A stretch of DNA of 64,000 nucleotides from Myxococcota bacterium. GTDB lineage: Bacteria; Myxococcota_A; UBA9160; UBA6930. The first letter of the stretch is position 1. Each line of letters begins with the position of its first letter. A program made the position numbers and the translations under genes. The stretch covers positions 4,768,001 through 4,832,000 of the forward strand of contig OZ245002.1 of NCBI GenBank assembly GCA_965223415.1. The letters run 5' to 3'. Shown here piece by piece: positions 1 to 9,854 of this stretch. Under the pieces are notes generated by a model, which saw only the letters and a program-made list of their open reading frames with translations, did no database searches and was not told where the DNA came from.

Positions 1-233
1 CCAGCGATCCGCTTTTCGACGAAGCGCTTGCGCCAGATCCCGACGGTCTCTCGTCGCTTGCCTACGCGTTCCGCGATTTCCCCATTCGTCAGCCCCTGCT
101 CTGCGAGCAATACAATGCGCGAGCGGTAGGCCAACTGATGCGCGCTCTTCCGCCTTCTGGCGTGCGTCTGGAGCTCTTCTCGCTCCGCATCCGTCAGCAC
201 AATCGGCGTCTTGGGCCGGCCACGATTCGCCAT
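1..233 (-). CDS. IS630-family transposase, N-terminal HTH part (runs off window start)
   Basis: Manual translation MANRGRPKTPIVLTDAEREELQTHARRRKSAHQLAYRSRIVLLAEQGLTNGEIAERVGKRRETVGIWRKRF, typical IS630 N-terminus; not in ORF track. Confidence 0.85.
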   Translation of the reverse strand, partial: MANRGRPKTPIVLTDAEREELQTHARRRKSAHQLAYRSRIVLLAEQGLTNGEIAERVGKRRETVGIWRKRFVEKRIA

Positions 234-322
234 ACGTCCCCCCAACGTGATGCCGGTAAGATGCCCCCTGCACGTTGGGAGTTCGCACTATTTTGCGTAT
301 TTTTTTCCGAAACAGGACACTA
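1..322 (-). mobile_element. IS630-family element, one end
   Basis: Transposase start followed by an AT-richer stretch ending in ACAGGACACTAG; CTAG/TA is the usual IS630 target; other end outside window. Confidence 0.65.
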
Positions 323-672
323 GCTTCGCGATCGCTGCCAGCCGAGGGCTCCAGAGGTTCGAGTCCGCTCGGAGCGCCAATGATTCCGGGACCCCAGGGC
401 GGGTTCCGCCGGTCGCCGGCGCGGCGCCGCTGTCCCAGCAGGGCGTGAGGAAGCTGGGCAGCCCCTAGCGCTCGTGCAGGACACGGGTCGTCCCGCCAGG
501 CTCGACGCTCTCTACCCTGAAGGCCAGCTCGCGCATCTTCCGTATCGATCCCTCGACCGCCAACCCTCGGTGGACACCCAAAACCGGCCATAGAAGGACG
601 TCTGAAAAGCGGCCATAGGGGCTGACGCCCAGGACGTTGACGACGGCGAGGGACCTGCGATCCCCCGCCGCC

Positions 673-2262
673 ATGGCGAACCTTCTGGGCAACGAGAAAC
701 GCGAGCAGATTCTGGCACTTGGCCGCCTCGGCTGGTCGCTTCGGCGGATCGAGGAGGCGACGGGCGTGCGCCGGGAGACGGCGAGCCGTTACCTCCGGGC
801 CGCGGGGATCGCGGTGCGATCTCCTGGTCGCTGGGGGCACGGGGCCCCAAACCCGGCCATAGAGGCGTCCACCGACTCGAAGGCCCCGGCAAAAGCGGCC
901 AAAGAGGCGTCCACCGATCCGGCCTGGCCGCCGATGCCGGGCCGGAGCCCCCAGGCCAGCGCCTGCGAGCCCTACCGCGAGTGGATCGAGGCGGGCGTGC
1001 GCCAGGGCCGGACGGCGATGGCGATCTGGCAGGACCTAGTCGATGACCACGGCTTCGCCTTCAGCTATGCGAGTGTGAAGCGCTTCGTGGCGAAGCAGCG
1101 AGCCGCGGCGCCGCGCGAGGCGCACCCGGTGATCGAGACGGCACCGGGAGAAGAGGGCCAGGTCGACTACGGCGACGGGCCGATGGTGCGGCATCCCGGG
1201 TCGGGGAAGTACCGGCGCACGAGGCTGTTCGTCTTCACCCTGGGCTACAGCCGCAAGTGCGTTCGGCTGCTCGTGTGGAAGTCGAGCAGCCAGGTCTGGT
1301 CGGAGCTGCACGAGAAGGCCTTCCGCCGGCTGGGCGGTGCACCGCGCACCGTCGTCCTCGACAACCTCAAGGAGGGCGTTCTCAAGCCCGACGTCTACGA
1401 CCCCGCGCTCAACCCCCTCTACCGCGATGTGCTCGCCCACTACGGCGTGACGGCGCTTCCGTGCCGGGTGCGCCACCCCGATCGCAAGGGGAAGGTCGAG
1501 TCCGGGGTGCGCCACGCGCAGCAGAAGGTCCGCGGGATGCGCTTCGAGTCGCTCGAGCAGGCCCAGGCCTACCTCGACCGCTGGGAGCGCCGATGGGCCG
1601 ACACCCGCATCCACGGCACGACCAAGCGCCAGGTGGCGGCGATGTACGAAGAGGAGAAGCCGCACCTGCTCGGGCTTCCCATCGAGCCCTTCCGCTACTA
1701 CCAGCACGGCGAGCGCACGGTGCACCTCGACGGGGCCATCGAGGTGGAGGGGGCCTACTACCACGCGCCGCCGGGCTGGCTGGGGCGGCGGGTGGCCGTC
1801 CAATGGGACGGGCTGCGGGTGCGGATGCTCGATCTGCAGACGGGGGAGCTGCTGCGCGAGCACGTCCGCCAGAGGCGGGGGCGCCGCAGGATGCGGGAGG
1901 AGGACCGCCCGAAGCGGACGCCGGCCACGACCCTCCAGCTGCTCGCGCGGGCCCGGCGCGCCGGCGTCCACGTGGGCGAGGTGTGTGAGGCGATCCATCG
2001 CCTGGACGGCGAGCCCGGGGTGCGTCGCATCCTGGGCGTGCTCTCCCTGTGCAAGCGCCACGGCATCCCTCGCGTCGACGATGCCTGCGCCACCGCCCTG
2101 GCCCTCGAGCTGCCCACCTACGCGTTCGTCAAGCGCTACCTGGAGCGTCAGCCCGAGCTGCCGCTCTCGCTCAAGCAGGTGGACCCGCTCATCCGCCAGC
2201 TCACCCACTACCGCGATCTCATCGATCGCCGCACCGAGGAGACCTCTCGTGAATCTGACTGA
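673..2262 (+). CDS. istA: IS21 transposase IstA
   Basis: GQVDYG, VLDNLK, KGKVESGV DDE motifs; N-terminal HTH. Confidence 0.95.
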   Translation: MANLLGNEKREQILALGRLGWSLRRIEEATGVRRETASRYLRAAGIAVRSPGRWGHGAPNPAIEASTDSKAPAKAAKEASTDPAWPPMPGRSPQASACEPYREWIEAGVRQGRTAMAIWQDLVDDHGFAFSYASVKRFVAKQRAAAPREAHPVIETAPGEEGQVDYGDGPMVRHPGSGKYRRTRLFVFTLGYSRKCVRLLVWKSSSQVWSELHEKAFRRLGGAPRTVVLDNLKEGVLKPDVYDPALNPLYRDVLAHYGVTALPCRVRHPDRKGKVESGVRHAQQKVRGMRFESLEQAQAYLDRWERRWADTRIHGTTKRQVAAMYEEEKPHLLGLPIEPFRYYQHGERTVHLDGAIEVEGAYYHAPPGWLGRRVAVQWDGLRVRMLDLQTGELLREHVRQRRGRRRMREEDRPKRTPATTLQLLARARRAGVHVGEVCEAIHRLDGEPGVRRILGVLSLCKRHGIPRVDDACATALALELPTYAFVKRYLERQPELPLSLKQVDPLIRQLTHYRDLIDRRTEETSRESD

Positions 2263-3010
2263 ACTCGATCCCGCACTGCGCAAGCTCCGGCTCTCGGGCA
2301 TGGCCGAGCATCTGGAGATGCGGCTCCTCGAAGCCCAGAAGGGCGAGTGGGCGGCCATCGACCTGCTCTCGGCGCTCGTCCAGGACGAGCTCGAGCGCCG
2401 GCAGGACCGACTGCTGGCCCGGCGCATCAAGCAGGCCCGCTTCCGCGACGCCAACCGGACCCTCAACGGCTTCGACTTCCGCTTCAATACGAAGATCGAT
2501 CGCGCCCTGGTCTTCGAGCTCGCCACGGGCCGCTTCCTCGAGCAAGCCGAGGACGCTGTCTTCCTCGGCCCGCCGGGCACGGGCAAGAGCCATCTCGCCC
2601 AGGCGATCGGCCTCGCCGTCATCCACCAGGGCCATCGCGTCGCCTACCGCGAGGTCCACGTCCTCCTCGAGGAACTCGCTGATGCGACCCTCGACGGCAC
2701 CCGCAAGGAGTACCTGGCCGAGATGGCGAGCGTGCCGCTGCTCATCCTTGACGACCTCGGCATGCGCAAGCTCCCCACCACGGCCGCCGAGGACCTGCTC
2801 GAGCTCATCATGCGCCGCTACGAGCGCACCAGCACCCTCGTCACCTCGAACCGACCCGTCGACGACTGGGGCCGGCTCCTCGGCGACACGGCAGCCGTCA
2901 CCGCCATGCTCGACCGCCTCCTCCACCACGGCCACCTGCTCAAGTGCGGACCCCGCAGCTGGCGCACCAAGAAGACCACGGCCTTGCCGAAGGAGGCTCC
3001 GGCGCGGTAG
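2249..3010 (+). CDS. istB: IS21 helper ATPase IstB
   Basis: GPPGTGKS, LLILDDLG, TSNRP, DRLLHH; GTG start overlapping istA end. Confidence 0.95.
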   Translation: MNLTELDPALRKLRLSGMAEHLEMRLLEAQKGEWAAIDLLSALVQDELERRQDRLLARRIKQARFRDANRTLNGFDFRFNTKIDRALVFELATGRFLEQAEDAVFLGPPGTGKSHLAQAIGLAVIHQGHRVAYREVHVLLEELADATLDGTRKEYLAEMASVPLLILDDLGMRKLPTTAAEDLLELIMRRYERTSTLVTSNRPVDDWGRLLGDTAAVTAMLDRLLHHGHLLKCGPRSWRTKKTTALPKEAPAR

Positions 3011-3089
3011 AACCCCTCTGTCCTGGGCGCGGCCCTTTGGCCGCCTTTGAGACGTCCACCTTTGGCCGGTTTTCAGACGTCCACCGAGG

Positions 3090-3689
3090 TCTCGACGCGT
3101 GGTGCGCGCGCCTGGGTATCCGGCGAAGCGCGGCAGACCGGCTTGGCCAGTACCGGAGGCTGTGCGAGCGCCTCGCATCTGCTCGGGAGGAAGGCCAGGA
3201 GGCTGAGCAGGCCCTCTTTCTAGAAATCGGCCCCGAACGGCTGGCGAACGCCGTCCTGGAGGCGGCGGAGTGGCTCGACATCGAAGCCGGACTCGGCCAT
3301 CGGGAAGACGAAGGCGTCCGGTTCCGACTCCGTCGCGCGCTCAAGGGCCCCACAGACTCGCGAAGGAAAGCGCCGATACGGGAAGCAGCGATGCACAGAG
3401 TATGCAGTTCGAGCTACGCACCGGCGCGCACTTCGCGTTCGCGAGCCTTCCCGAACTCCACCTGCCCGAGGAGGAGGAGGATAGCGACCTCACGTTCGCG
3501 TTCGAGGGTGCCCAGTTCTTCGTGGAGGCAAAGCGCCCTCAGTCGGAGGCGGCGATTCCCGGGGCCGTCCGCGACGCGGTGCGCCAGCTCAAGCGACGAC
3601 TCGACGCTACGGAGCTCGTTGCATCCGGTCTCGCCGCCGTATCCGCGACGAAGGTGCTCAACCCGGGGAGGCCGGTTTGGCCTCGATAG
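3090..3689 (+). pseudogene. 5'-truncated, frameshifted gene, possible PD-(D/E)xK nuclease fold
   Basis: Protein-like reading in two frames joined near 3355; FEL...DSDL...FFVEAKR motif; begins at IS21-A end. Confidence 0.4.
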
Positions 3690-4018
3690 TCTCGAAGAGT
3701 TCGACGAGTTGCTTTGATGATCCTGGCATTCGCCCAAGGGCGGCCGGTGTAGCGATGCTCGTCTGGTGGGTTTCTTACGATCCGTTTGTGGATCTCCATG
3801 CTTCGAAGTGGGCCTAGTCGACAGAGCAAGGTGCCGTACATCCGCGCACGGAGTCGCATCTTCCAGAGTTCGTTCTCCGGGTCGAGTCCGTCTCGAATGG
3901 CAGCATCGAAGAGCTCTTGATCGCTGATACCGAGCTCGTTAGTGCGCTCACGAAGAAGTGCGAGGCCAGCGTCGTTTAGGTGAATCAGTTGTTCTCTTGG
4001 TGGGTAGGTGCTCTTCAT
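3539..4018 (-). CDS. hypothetical protein
   Basis: ORF with plausible composition (MKSTYPPREQ...), 3' part overlaps the opposite-strand remnant. Confidence 0.35.
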   Translation of the reverse strand: MKSTYPPREQLIHLNDAGLALLRERTNELGISDQELFDAAIRDGLDPENELWKMRLRARMYGTLLCRLGPLRSMEIHKRIVRNPPDEHRYTGRPWANARIIKATRRTLRDYRGQTGLPGLSTFVADTAARPDATSSVASSRRLSWRTASRTAPGIAASD

Positions 4019-4046
4019 GATCGATCTCCACAAACGGTTATGGCAC

Positions 4047-4122
4047 GAAACCGGATGCGGGTGACATCAAGATCGCCGCATCGCGATTCCTCACCCTCTG
4101 GTGGAATCGCGGGTGGCGGGTC
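4047..4122 (+). repeat. structured direct repeat R1 (pairs with 7042-7117)
   Basis: About 64 of 77 aligned positions identical to R2 by manual count; hairpin CGCGATTCC/GGAATCGCG. Confidence 0.85.
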
Positions 4123-4132
4123 CAGCTTCGGC

Positions 4133-6829
4133 CTAGCGAGTGGAGGGGAAGCTGGGGGGTACGCAGCTCGCCTCGCTGGAGACGGATGGGACTCCGGAAA
4201 GCGTCGACGCCGAAGAGAGGTTTGCGAAGGCTCTCAAACGGAAGCACTTGAGAAAGGAGTTGCGCACGTTAACGTCGGCGCGGTCCATCTTTGATTCTCC
4301 GCTGCGAAAGGACCTGACACTTCGTAGTGTCGGTACCGCTGCGCAATCAGCGACAACCACTTGATCCGTGTTGCCAGGATCCTCTTCCGCCAGTGCATTG
4401 GCAACATCGACAGGAACGCCGGGCGGCAGTGTTGGCGTCCTTGCCTGGTAGCGCATCTCCAGGCCTTCGATTGTGGTACAGGCTGTGCGTCTTCCTTCGA
4501 CAAGCACACTGCCCACACCCGACTGCACATCTCTGCCACCGACCACCGTTAGGCAGCTCGCAGAGTTCTGGACGATTCCGTATGTCGCGTTTTCCTCAAG
4601 CCATGGAGAGATCACCGTTACTCCACCATAGGCCCCGTCTTGATAGGCGTGCGTAAAGCACATACCGGCACCAGAGCTCCTTTCCGCAACAGGGTTGTTG
4701 AGATGAATGCTGCTCCCTCTTCTATAGAAGTGGAATCCATGTCCGCTGTTGTTTGATGAAATCACGTTGTCGAGCAAGAGGTTGTTCGCCTCGCCAACCA
4801 GGACACCGGAGCCCACGCAGTTGAACGTGGCCACATTGGTCAGCCTTGCGCTTGTAGATCCACCAACGTCGCCGGCGTCGTTCCTGCCGCCGTGAATCCA
4901 GACGCACCCAGGAACCCCGAAGTTCACCGGGGCGATAGGTAGGTTGAACGAACTCGGCAGTACTGCGAGCGGCTCCGCGGGGCAGTAGGCACCGGCGATC
5001 CCACCCCGGTTCCCATAGAACCCGATGTCACTGACCAAGGCTGTAACTGAATCTCGGAGCTCAGCGACCGCGAGCTCGCAATCGTAGAGTGAGTGATAGA
5101 TCGTCGAACCGCTAACGTCTGGTGGCGTGTTGTTGACCAGCGCCGTGGCTCCCAAGCCGGTACCAACCCACTTGACTCCGCCTCCGACCGTCAATCCGCA
5201 CACTCGATACCTCTTGGGAAGGCCTACAACCTGACCACTCTTTCCTGACTCCTGCAATGCGCGTTGAACTGCCCAAGAGTCGTCTTCGCATTCGTCAAGC
5301 CGTCTCGCGTAACCCGCGCAGTCTTGGTCCGCCTCATCGCTGCAAGCAGCGTCGTTGTCCGTTCGGCACTGAGCCAGCGCGGCCGGGTCCGATTCGAGGT
5401 GTTCGCACGTTCTCTTTAGGCACGCGTCCTTGAAACCCGTGCGATTCTGAAGGCCGCACGGTTCCGAACACTCAGTTTGAAGGATGGTGCAGGCGGCCCC
5501 ACACGCCGTATTGGTCGGATCGTTTTGGTCTTGCTCGCAAGGCCGAGCACAGCTTCGGACCCTGGGGGCTCCTTTCTCATCCAGCCTGGGTGCGCCGTTC
5601 TCGTCCAGAATCACCCCGTCGGGAAACTCAAGATGCTCGCCTGGCAACGGGGATTGACTGGCGCGTCCACCGATCGCTCCCCACCACTCGGCGTAGATTC
5701 GGTCGACGACCTGGTCCTCGCGCAGCCCGACGAAACAGCCAGAGTTGGGCTTCTCCGGAGGAAGTTCGCCGGGGGTGAACTGGCGTTCCTCTTCACAGAA
5801 GTGGCGCGGACCCGCGATCACTTCGCCTCGTAACTCGACCCGCACGCCGTTCTCGACGTGCAAGAGGGCGCCGCTCTCCGGGCGAAACGCGGAATGGATG
5901 AAGAGCGTCAACGTGTTGTCTGCTCCGCAAGAGCAATTGTACAGTTCGCTGCCGCACGCCGCGGCCGCTGCTGGACACTGGTTGTCAATGATGTAGTTGC
6001 CCGGCGGAACAACGAGCGTCCCTCGCTGTCGCTTCAAGAGAACCTGGCTAGCCCGCGCAAATGCGAGAGTGTCGGAGCCTTGGCTGAAGTCGGCGATTTG
6101 GTGAAGGCCGCACGCCGCGCCTGTCAACTGAGCGTCTTCACCGTTGGCGTGACAGTTGGCTACGTACAAGTCGCCGGCGCCAGTTGGAAGCACACATTGC
6201 GCGTTGAACAAGAACTGGAGACGTACCTCGGCTGGGTCGCCTGTGCCTCCGGCCTCGGCCCGCATCTCCCATTCGAGTGCGTAGTCACCCGGAGGGAGAG
6301 GCGCGCTCACCGATGTCCGAACGTCGAAGTGCTCCTGCAATCCGCGTTGGGTGTGCTGATGGGAAAGGACCAGCTGCGGTGGGCCAGTGCTGGCTAGCCG
6401 GTAGAGAGCTACGACGGCACGAAACTGCGGATCAACGGTCCCAAGTACGCGGGTCGTTCCCTCGATTGACACGTGGGTCGGCTCATCGAAGGACACTTCA
6501 AACGTGTTCGCCTTGTTGTCGGCGCTAGCCAAGTCTCCCGCGAGCTTGATGCTGCCGTCGAAGGAGACCGTAGGGAGAGCAGGGGCACTGCCAATAGAGA
6601 GCGTCGCAGTGGTGGCAACGAAGCGTGATGCCCGCGTGCTGCAGTCGTGGCGCTCATCAATAGAGAAGTCGCCAACGTGGCTCGTGGTGAGGTCGCAGTC
6701 GGCGGATGCCGGTACTGGCCGAAGTGCGAAGCTGGTCTCCGTATCACCCGGAAACGTCACTTCGGCGAAGGCACCCGCGGGGAGTGCGAGGAGCATGACG
6801 ACCGCAGCCAGGAACATCGCCGACCTCAC
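4133..6829 (-). CDS. secreted Cys-rich protein with pectate-lyase-like right-handed beta-helix
   Basis: Signal peptide (..PAGAFA); WWGA...DDSWAVQRAL motif; C-terminal N-x-G-x-G beta-helix turns; lower GC than core. Confidence 0.7.
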   Translation of the reverse strand: MRSAMFLAAVVMLLALPAGAFAEVTFPGDTETSFALRPVPASADCDLTTSHVGDFSIDERHDCSTRASRFVATTATLSIGSAPALPTVSFDGSIKLAGDLASADNKANTFEVSFDEPTHVSIEGTTRVLGTVDPQFRAVVALYRLASTGPPQLVLSHQHTQRGLQEHFDVRTSVSAPLPPGDYALEWEMRAEAGGTGDPAEVRLQFLFNAQCVLPTGAGDLYVANCHANGEDAQLTGAACGLHQIADFSQGSDTLAFARASQVLLKRQRGTLVVPPGNYIIDNQCPAAAAACGSELYNCSCGADNTLTLFIHSAFRPESGALLHVENGVRVELRGEVIAGPRHFCEEERQFTPGELPPEKPNSGCFVGLREDQVVDRIYAEWWGAIGGRASQSPLPGEHLEFPDGVILDENGAPRLDEKGAPRVRSCARPCEQDQNDPTNTACGAACTILQTECSEPCGLQNRTGFKDACLKRTCEHLESDPAALAQCRTDNDAACSDEADQDCAGYARRLDECEDDSWAVQRALQESGKSGQVVGLPKRYRVCGLTVGGGVKWVGTGLGATALVNNTPPDVSGSTIYHSLYDCELAVAELRDSVTALVSDIGFYGNRGGIAGAYCPAEPLAVLPSSFNLPIAPVNFGVPGCVWIHGGRNDAGDVGGSTSARLTNVATFNCVGSGVLVGEANNLLLDNVISSNNSGHGFHFYRRGSSIHLNNPVAERSSGAGMCFTHAYQDGAYGGVTVISPWLEENATYGIVQNSASCLTVVGGRDVQSGVGSVLVEGRRTACTTIEGLEMRYQARTPTLPPGVPVDVANALAEEDPGNTDQVVVADCAAVPTLRSVRSFRSGESKMDRADVNVRNSFLKCFRLRAFANLSSASTLSGVPSVSSEASCVPPSFPSTR

Positions 6830-7041
6830 GCTTGCTCGTCGACCAACGGACTAGCACGAACTGAAGCTGAGAGGCAACCCGTTGTTGTCTCGACCAGGAG
6901 GAGATCGCGGAATTGCATTCACACTCGCCTACGCCAGAACGCACGATCCGGCTTCCTTTCCATCACCCCGTGATGGCAGGTCACGAGGCAGCAAGCGAAA
7001 CCCGCGTTGACGGATCGGCGATTCCGCTCGCCCGTTCTCAA

Positions 7042-7117
7042 GAAACCGGATGGCGGGCGACATCAAGGAGGCCGCACCGCGATTCCTCACCTCCGCGGGA
7101 ATCGCGGGCGGCGCGTC
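7042..7117 (+). repeat. structured direct repeat R2 (pairs with 4047-4122)
   Basis: GAAACCGGATG..GACATCAAG..GCCGCACCGCGATTCC..GGAATCGCGGGCGGC. Confidence 0.85.
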
Positions 7118-7770
7118 TTGCTCGAACAGCGAGAGCGGGACAGCTGCTAATGGAGTGTCGTACTGTTGTACGTGTTGACCATTGAAACGAGGCGAGCCCA
7201 AGTCTCTGTGTCAAGGGAAGGGCTAAGCTCGACCTTGCGAGCCAACGCTGCGATCAAACCCATGAGGCCTGGGAAGCGGCCCAGGCACGGATGGAGTCGC
7301 GGCGGCGACCGCGGGATCGCAACCGCGCGGGCGGGCGCGCCCAGGGCCGCTACCTCCTTTCTGGGCTTTTGGCCTGCGGGCTCTGCGGCGGCGGCTTCTG
7401 GGCGATCGATCGTCGCGGGGTGTTCGGCTGCGGGGCGCGGAAGGATCGGGGCAGGGCGGCCTGCGGCTGTGAGCTGCGCGTCGCGGCGGACGACCTGGAG
7501 GGTCGAATCGTTGGCGCGCTCCGCGACCAGGTCCTCACCGAAGAGAATGTGGCGCGGGTCGCCGACCGCGCGCTGCAGATCGTGCAAGAGCAGCTCGGCG
7601 CTCAGAGCGACGATCCGACCGAACGCCTGAAGGCTTGTCGAGGGACGTCATCTCTTGCGCGCTAAGAGGACGGCTAGTTTTGCGCACCCCCCTGGGTTGA
7701 TGTTCGGTTCTTCCTTCTTCTCTTCCGCTCTCCGAAGGAGAGCACGGCCGTCAGGCCGCCCTCTGGGGCC

Positions 7771-8571
7771 TCAACGCTGGGCGCTTTGCCCCGCGGCCTG
7801 CTCGAGCTCGCGGAGCCGGTAGCTCCGCCCCGAGATGTTGAGCACCTGGCTGTGGTGGAGGAGGCGATCGAGGATGGCGGTGGCCAGCACCTCGTCGCCC
7901 GCCAGCACCTCGGGCCAGTCGGCGATGCCCTTGTTCGTGGTGATCAGGATCGAGCCCCTCCCATAGCGGTAGGAGACGAGCCGGAAGAAGAGGCTCGCCT
8001 CCTGGCGCGTCATGGGCTCGAAGCCGACCTCGTCGATGACGAGGAGCGCCACGTTCATGTGCTTGCGCCGCCGCAGCCGTTGCGGGCTGATCTCGGCGTC
8101 GCGCTTGAGGGCCGCCAGCAGGTCCTCGAGGCGATGGAAGGCCACGGAGAAGCCGTTCTCCACGGCCCGCACCCCCAGGGCCACCGCCAGGTGGGTCTTG
8201 CCCACTCCCGGCGGACCCTGGATCAGCAGACTCTCCTTGGCCCGGATCCACGCGCAGGTGCCCAGCGTCTCGATCCGGCTCCGCTCCACACTCGGCTGGA
8301 AGGCGAAGTCGAAGTTGCCGAGGGTCTGCCCCGTGGGAAGGCCCGAGAGACGGAGCGAGGTCTTCATCCTCCGCTCCTCGCGGTGCTGCAGCTCGGCCTC
8401 GAGCAGCAGGTCGAGGAAGCGGTGGGGCACGAGGTCGTCCTTGGTCGCTCGGGCCAGCTCCTCGCCGATGTGCTCGGCCGCGTGATGGAGGCCGAGGCGC
8501 ACGAGCCGCTCGCGGGTCGGGTCGAGATCCACCTTGCCGCCCTTCTTGGGCACCGGGTTTCCCGCCGTCAT
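7771..8571 (-). CDS. istB: IS21 helper ATPase IstB
   Basis: GPPGVGKT, LLVIDEVG, ITTNK, DRLLHH. Confidence 0.95.
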   Translation of the reverse strand: MTAGNPVPKKGGKVDLDPTRERLVRLGLHHAAEHIGEELARATKDDLVPHRFLDLLLEAELQHREERRMKTSLRLSGLPTGQTLGNFDFAFQPSVERSRIETLGTCAWIRAKESLLIQGPPGVGKTHLAVALGVRAVENGFSVAFHRLEDLLAALKRDAEISPQRLRRRKHMNVALLVIDEVGFEPMTRQEASLFFRLVSYRYGRGSILITTNKGIADWPEVLAGDEVLATAILDRLLHHSQVLNISGRSYRLRELEQAAGQSAQR

Positions 8572-9854
8572 CGCGCCACCTCCGCCAGATCGGCATAGAG
8601 GTCGATCGGCCGCTGCTCCGGCTCCATCGCCCACAGCTCCTGGAGGCGTCGACCCATGCGCCCGAGCGGTACGGGCGCCTCCACCCCCTCCGTGCTCGGC
8701 CCCTCGTAGTGGCTCGGGTCCAGCAGCAGGCGGCTTCGCGTGTGGCGCGGGTGCGCGGCCACCACCGAGCCCTCGGCCCAGACCTGCACCTGCCGGGCGC
8801 AGCCGCGCACCTCGACGCTCTGCTCGACGAAGCGGAAGGGGACGCTGTAGGTACGCCCCTCGAAGCGCACCGTGGCGTCGCGCCCGACACGTCGCATCAC
8901 GGCCAGGTCGAAGGGCTCGGGAAGCCGCTCGGGCAGGGCCCCGAGATGGGGCTTCTCCGCCTCCCACGCCTGGAAGACCGTCGTGCCCGTCGCCGGGCAC
9001 TGCCGCCGGTGGCTCGAGCGCGCCACCTGGCCGTCCGTCCACGCTTGCAGCGACTCCAGGCTCTCGTGCTCCCGCCGACGCGGATCGAAGCCCCGCCGGT
9101 GCCCCAGGATCCGACGCTCCACCTTCCCCTTCTCCTGCGGCTGGCGGGGACGGGTGGCGTCCACGTGGAAGCGAAGGGCCCCGGCATAGCTCGCGTAAGC
9201 CGGGTTCACCGTCCCCCATGGCCCCGCCCCCTTCGCCACCGCTGTCTTCACGTTGTCGACCCGCAGCACCGCCGGCACCCCGCCCAGCCGCTCGAAGGCC
9301 CGGTTGTGCACGTCCAGCCACGCCAGCGTGTCCGCCCGCTCCGACCACACCACCGCTTCTCGCCGCGAGTGCGAGAGCACCAGGTGGAAGGCATGCAGGT
9401 CCACCTCCTGGCCCCCGATCCGCACGCCCGGAAACTCGCCCCAGTCCACCTGACCCTGCGCCCCGGGCGGTGTCTCCACCCGACGCCGGCTCCGCACCTT
9501 CGGTCTCGGGAACCGGGCCCGCACGTACCGCTGCACGCTCTTGGAGCTCCCCGTGTACCCGTGCTCCTCCACCAGGAACTCGTGAAGCTCCTGCAGGTTC
9601 ACGCCACGGCCTCCCGAGCTCGCCTCCAGCCACTCCGCGATCACCTCGTGGACCGCCTCGGCCAGGAAGGGCTTCCCGCTCCGGCCGTCTCGCGCCCCCT
9701 CCGCCAGCCGCTTCAGCCGGTAGCGCACCGCGCTCTCCCGGATCCCCAGCTGGCGGGCGATCTCCCGGTTCGAGCACCCCCGCTCGTGCAGCACTTCGAT
9801 CGTCATCACTTCCTCCTGCCTCAGTCGCCGCTGCCCCACGCCCCCCTCCCTCAC
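8568..9854 (-). CDS. istA: IS21 transposase IstA (start uncertain)
   Basis: GQVDWG, RVDNVKT, KGKVER; N-terminal HTH. Confidence 0.95.
   Translation of the reverse strand: MREGGVGQRRLRQEEVMTIEVLHERGCSNREIARQLGIRESAVRYRLKRLAEGARDGRSGKPFLAEAVHEVIAEWLEASSGGRGVNLQELHEFLVEEHGYTGSSKSVQRYVRARFPRPKVRSRRRVETPPGAQGQVDWGEFPGVRIGGQEVDLHAFHLVLSHSRREAVVWSERADTLAWLDVHNRAFERLGGVPAVLRVDNVKTAVAKGAGPWGTVNPAYASYAGALRFHVDATRPRQPQEKGKVERRILGHRRGFDPRRREHESLESLQAWTDGQVARSSHRRQCPATGTTVFQAWEAEKPHLGALPERLPEPFDLAVMRRVGRDATVRFEGRTYSVPFRFVEQSVEVRGCARQVQVWAEGSVVAAHPRHTRSRLLLDPSHYEGPSTEGVEAPVPLGRMGRRLQELWAMEPEQRPIDLYADLAEVAR

Larger units (their letters stand above)
565..3089 (+). mobile_element. IS21-family element A, copy 1 (intact, 2525 bp)
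   Basis: istA+istB; IRs CCTCGGTGGAC...AAAACCGGCCA at both ends; boundaries fixed by comparison with copy 2; no flanking direct repeat. Confidence 0.95.

Noticed and set aside
4047..7117. Integron attC sites
   Set aside because: No RYYYAAC/GTTRRRY cores bounding the hairpins and no intI in window
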